DNA of 64,000 nt from Hamiltosporidium tvaerminnensis FI-OER-3-3 (taxonomy: Eukaryota > Fungi > Microsporidia), in the NCBI GenBank assembly GCA_022605425.2, contig CM061246.1, positions 1,364,001 to 1,428,000 on the forward strand, in the 5' to 3' direction. This document shows, one piece after another, positions 62,587 through 64,000 of this stretch. Each line of letters starts with the position of its first letter. The stretch's first letter is position 1. The position numbers were made by a program, and so were the translations under genes. The notes beneath the pieces are model-generated. The model searched no databases and was not told the origin of the DNA. It worked only from the letters and a program-made list of their open reading frames with translations.

Positions 62587-64000
62587 TTATTTATTTTGTT
62601 TTCTGAATCGTTTATTGTTTTCAAAGAGTTTAAATTTATTTTTATTATAATTTTTTCTATTTAAATCTTCTTTTATTTCAATAAAATTATTTTTATTAAT
62701 AGAAGCAGTTCGTTTAGTATTTTTATTTTTCTTAAAAATAGAAAGAATATTCTTTATTCGACTTGGTAAAGAAACTTTGTTGTTTGATAAATTTTTAACA
62801 AGAACTTTCATACCTTTTAAATTTGAAGAAATAAGTATTTGTAAATTAATTGAAATATAATTCATGATTTTGTTTAAAGATTCTTTTTCTAAGTTAAAAT
62901 TTGTCAAATGAACTAAAATTTCAACCGTAATTTTTGATATTGAAGATTGGTTTTTTTCTAAAATAAAATTTAAAATTTTATTTCTTAATTGATCCGTTAA
63001 AATAATATTTTGTAATAAATTGTGTATAACTGATAATTTTAATGTATCTGGTTGCTGAATACTGTTTTCTAATAATTGTATTTTCCATTCTTGTTTAAGA
63101 TTATTTAATATTTTTAATTTGTTATTTGTATTCATTTCGTTGTAAATTATTTGTAGAAGGTTTTCTTTGTTTTGTAAGGAACAGTTATTACATCCTATAA
63201 AATAGAGAGAAGAAAGAATTAAGAATTTGTATTTTCCATTTTCAAAATTTGTTTGAATATAATTGCAAATACACAAATCTATTTTCTTTATATTTATAAG
63301 TTGTAGCAGTAAATTCGAACAGATTTTTTTTACTTTTTGATTTTTATTTTCAACACAAAGTTCGAGAATTTTTCCTATAAATTCATGAGAACATTGAATT
63401 TTTTCTAAAAATAACGAAAGTAAATTAACCGCTGTGAAAAGACAGGAAATTTCTAAAATTTTGTTTTTTAAAACGATTTCAGGAATAATTTTTTCATTCG
63501 AAAAAAAAGCAAATTCTATTTTCTGAGGACAAATATCGTTATAAAAGAATATTATGGAATTTCCTTGATCAGAAACATTCAAAAAATAATTTTTAATTTT
63601 TTAGATTATTTTTCATTTGATTTGAATTATCTATATTTTCAATTGGTCCTTTTTTAAAACCTTGTCTATCTTCAAATTTATTTTCTATCTGTTTATATTC
63701 ATTGATATATTCGATAAGTCCTTTTGAAAAATCAATATTTTTTAAATTAAGTAAACATTTTATACATTCTTTCATATCTGAAGTAATCAAAGATAAATTA
63801 TTTTCAAGTTTTTCTTTATAGAAAGTAAATATAAAATCAAAAATTTTAGATTCATTTAAAATTTCTAAAATATGTTTTGACTCATTCTTTGAAATATTAT
63901 TTTCTAATCTTAAATCATTTAATAAATTATTTTTGTGTGAAATTATAATATTTGTTATACCTTTGAGAATATAATTGTTCATAATTTTATTTTCTATTAT
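62587..64000 (-). CDS. Hypothetical helical-repeat-like protein, partial; two ORFs joined by a single-base frameshift
   Basis: ORFs 63593-63982 and 62587-63582 fuse if one A is removed from the A6 run at ~63597-63602; the frame is open to the window edge. Confidence 0.6.

Overview
Very AT-rich, gene-sparse eukaryotic DNA that looks microsporidian. The evidence is CCC motifs just upstream of ATGs, a presequence-less mitosomal Hsp70, candidate ultra-short GTAAGT introns, and Q-Q-G-V-S-N repeats suggestive of a Hamiltosporidium-like large genome (the taxon is inference). Recognisable genes are mtHsp70, an ArfGAP, cornichon/Erv14, SF3B3/Rse1 (broken into four frames inside low-complexity inserts), a CPR/MTRR-type FAD/NADPH module (two frames), a membrane-anchored AAA ATPase and a catalytically degenerate triosephosphate isomerase. 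There are also several orphan signal-peptide proteins; two have poly-Pro tracts and one of these has paired GILK + RVxF PP1-docking motifs. Intergenic DNA holds about 8 decayed R4/Dong-like RLE non-LTR retrotransposon copies, two TSD-flanked RTE-derived insertions, an 85-nt hairpin and many local tandem duplications. The most unusual signal is a dispersed ~700-bp non-coding family (4 copies) with compensatory base-pair changes and an invariant U1A-type AUUGCAC hairpin in a U1-snRNA-like motif order. It shares a ~110-nt head with a second ~230-bp TSD-flanked family (2 copies), which makes it a candidate structured-RNA retroposon (SINE-like) system. All alignments and folds were done by eye, and element boundaries are approximate.
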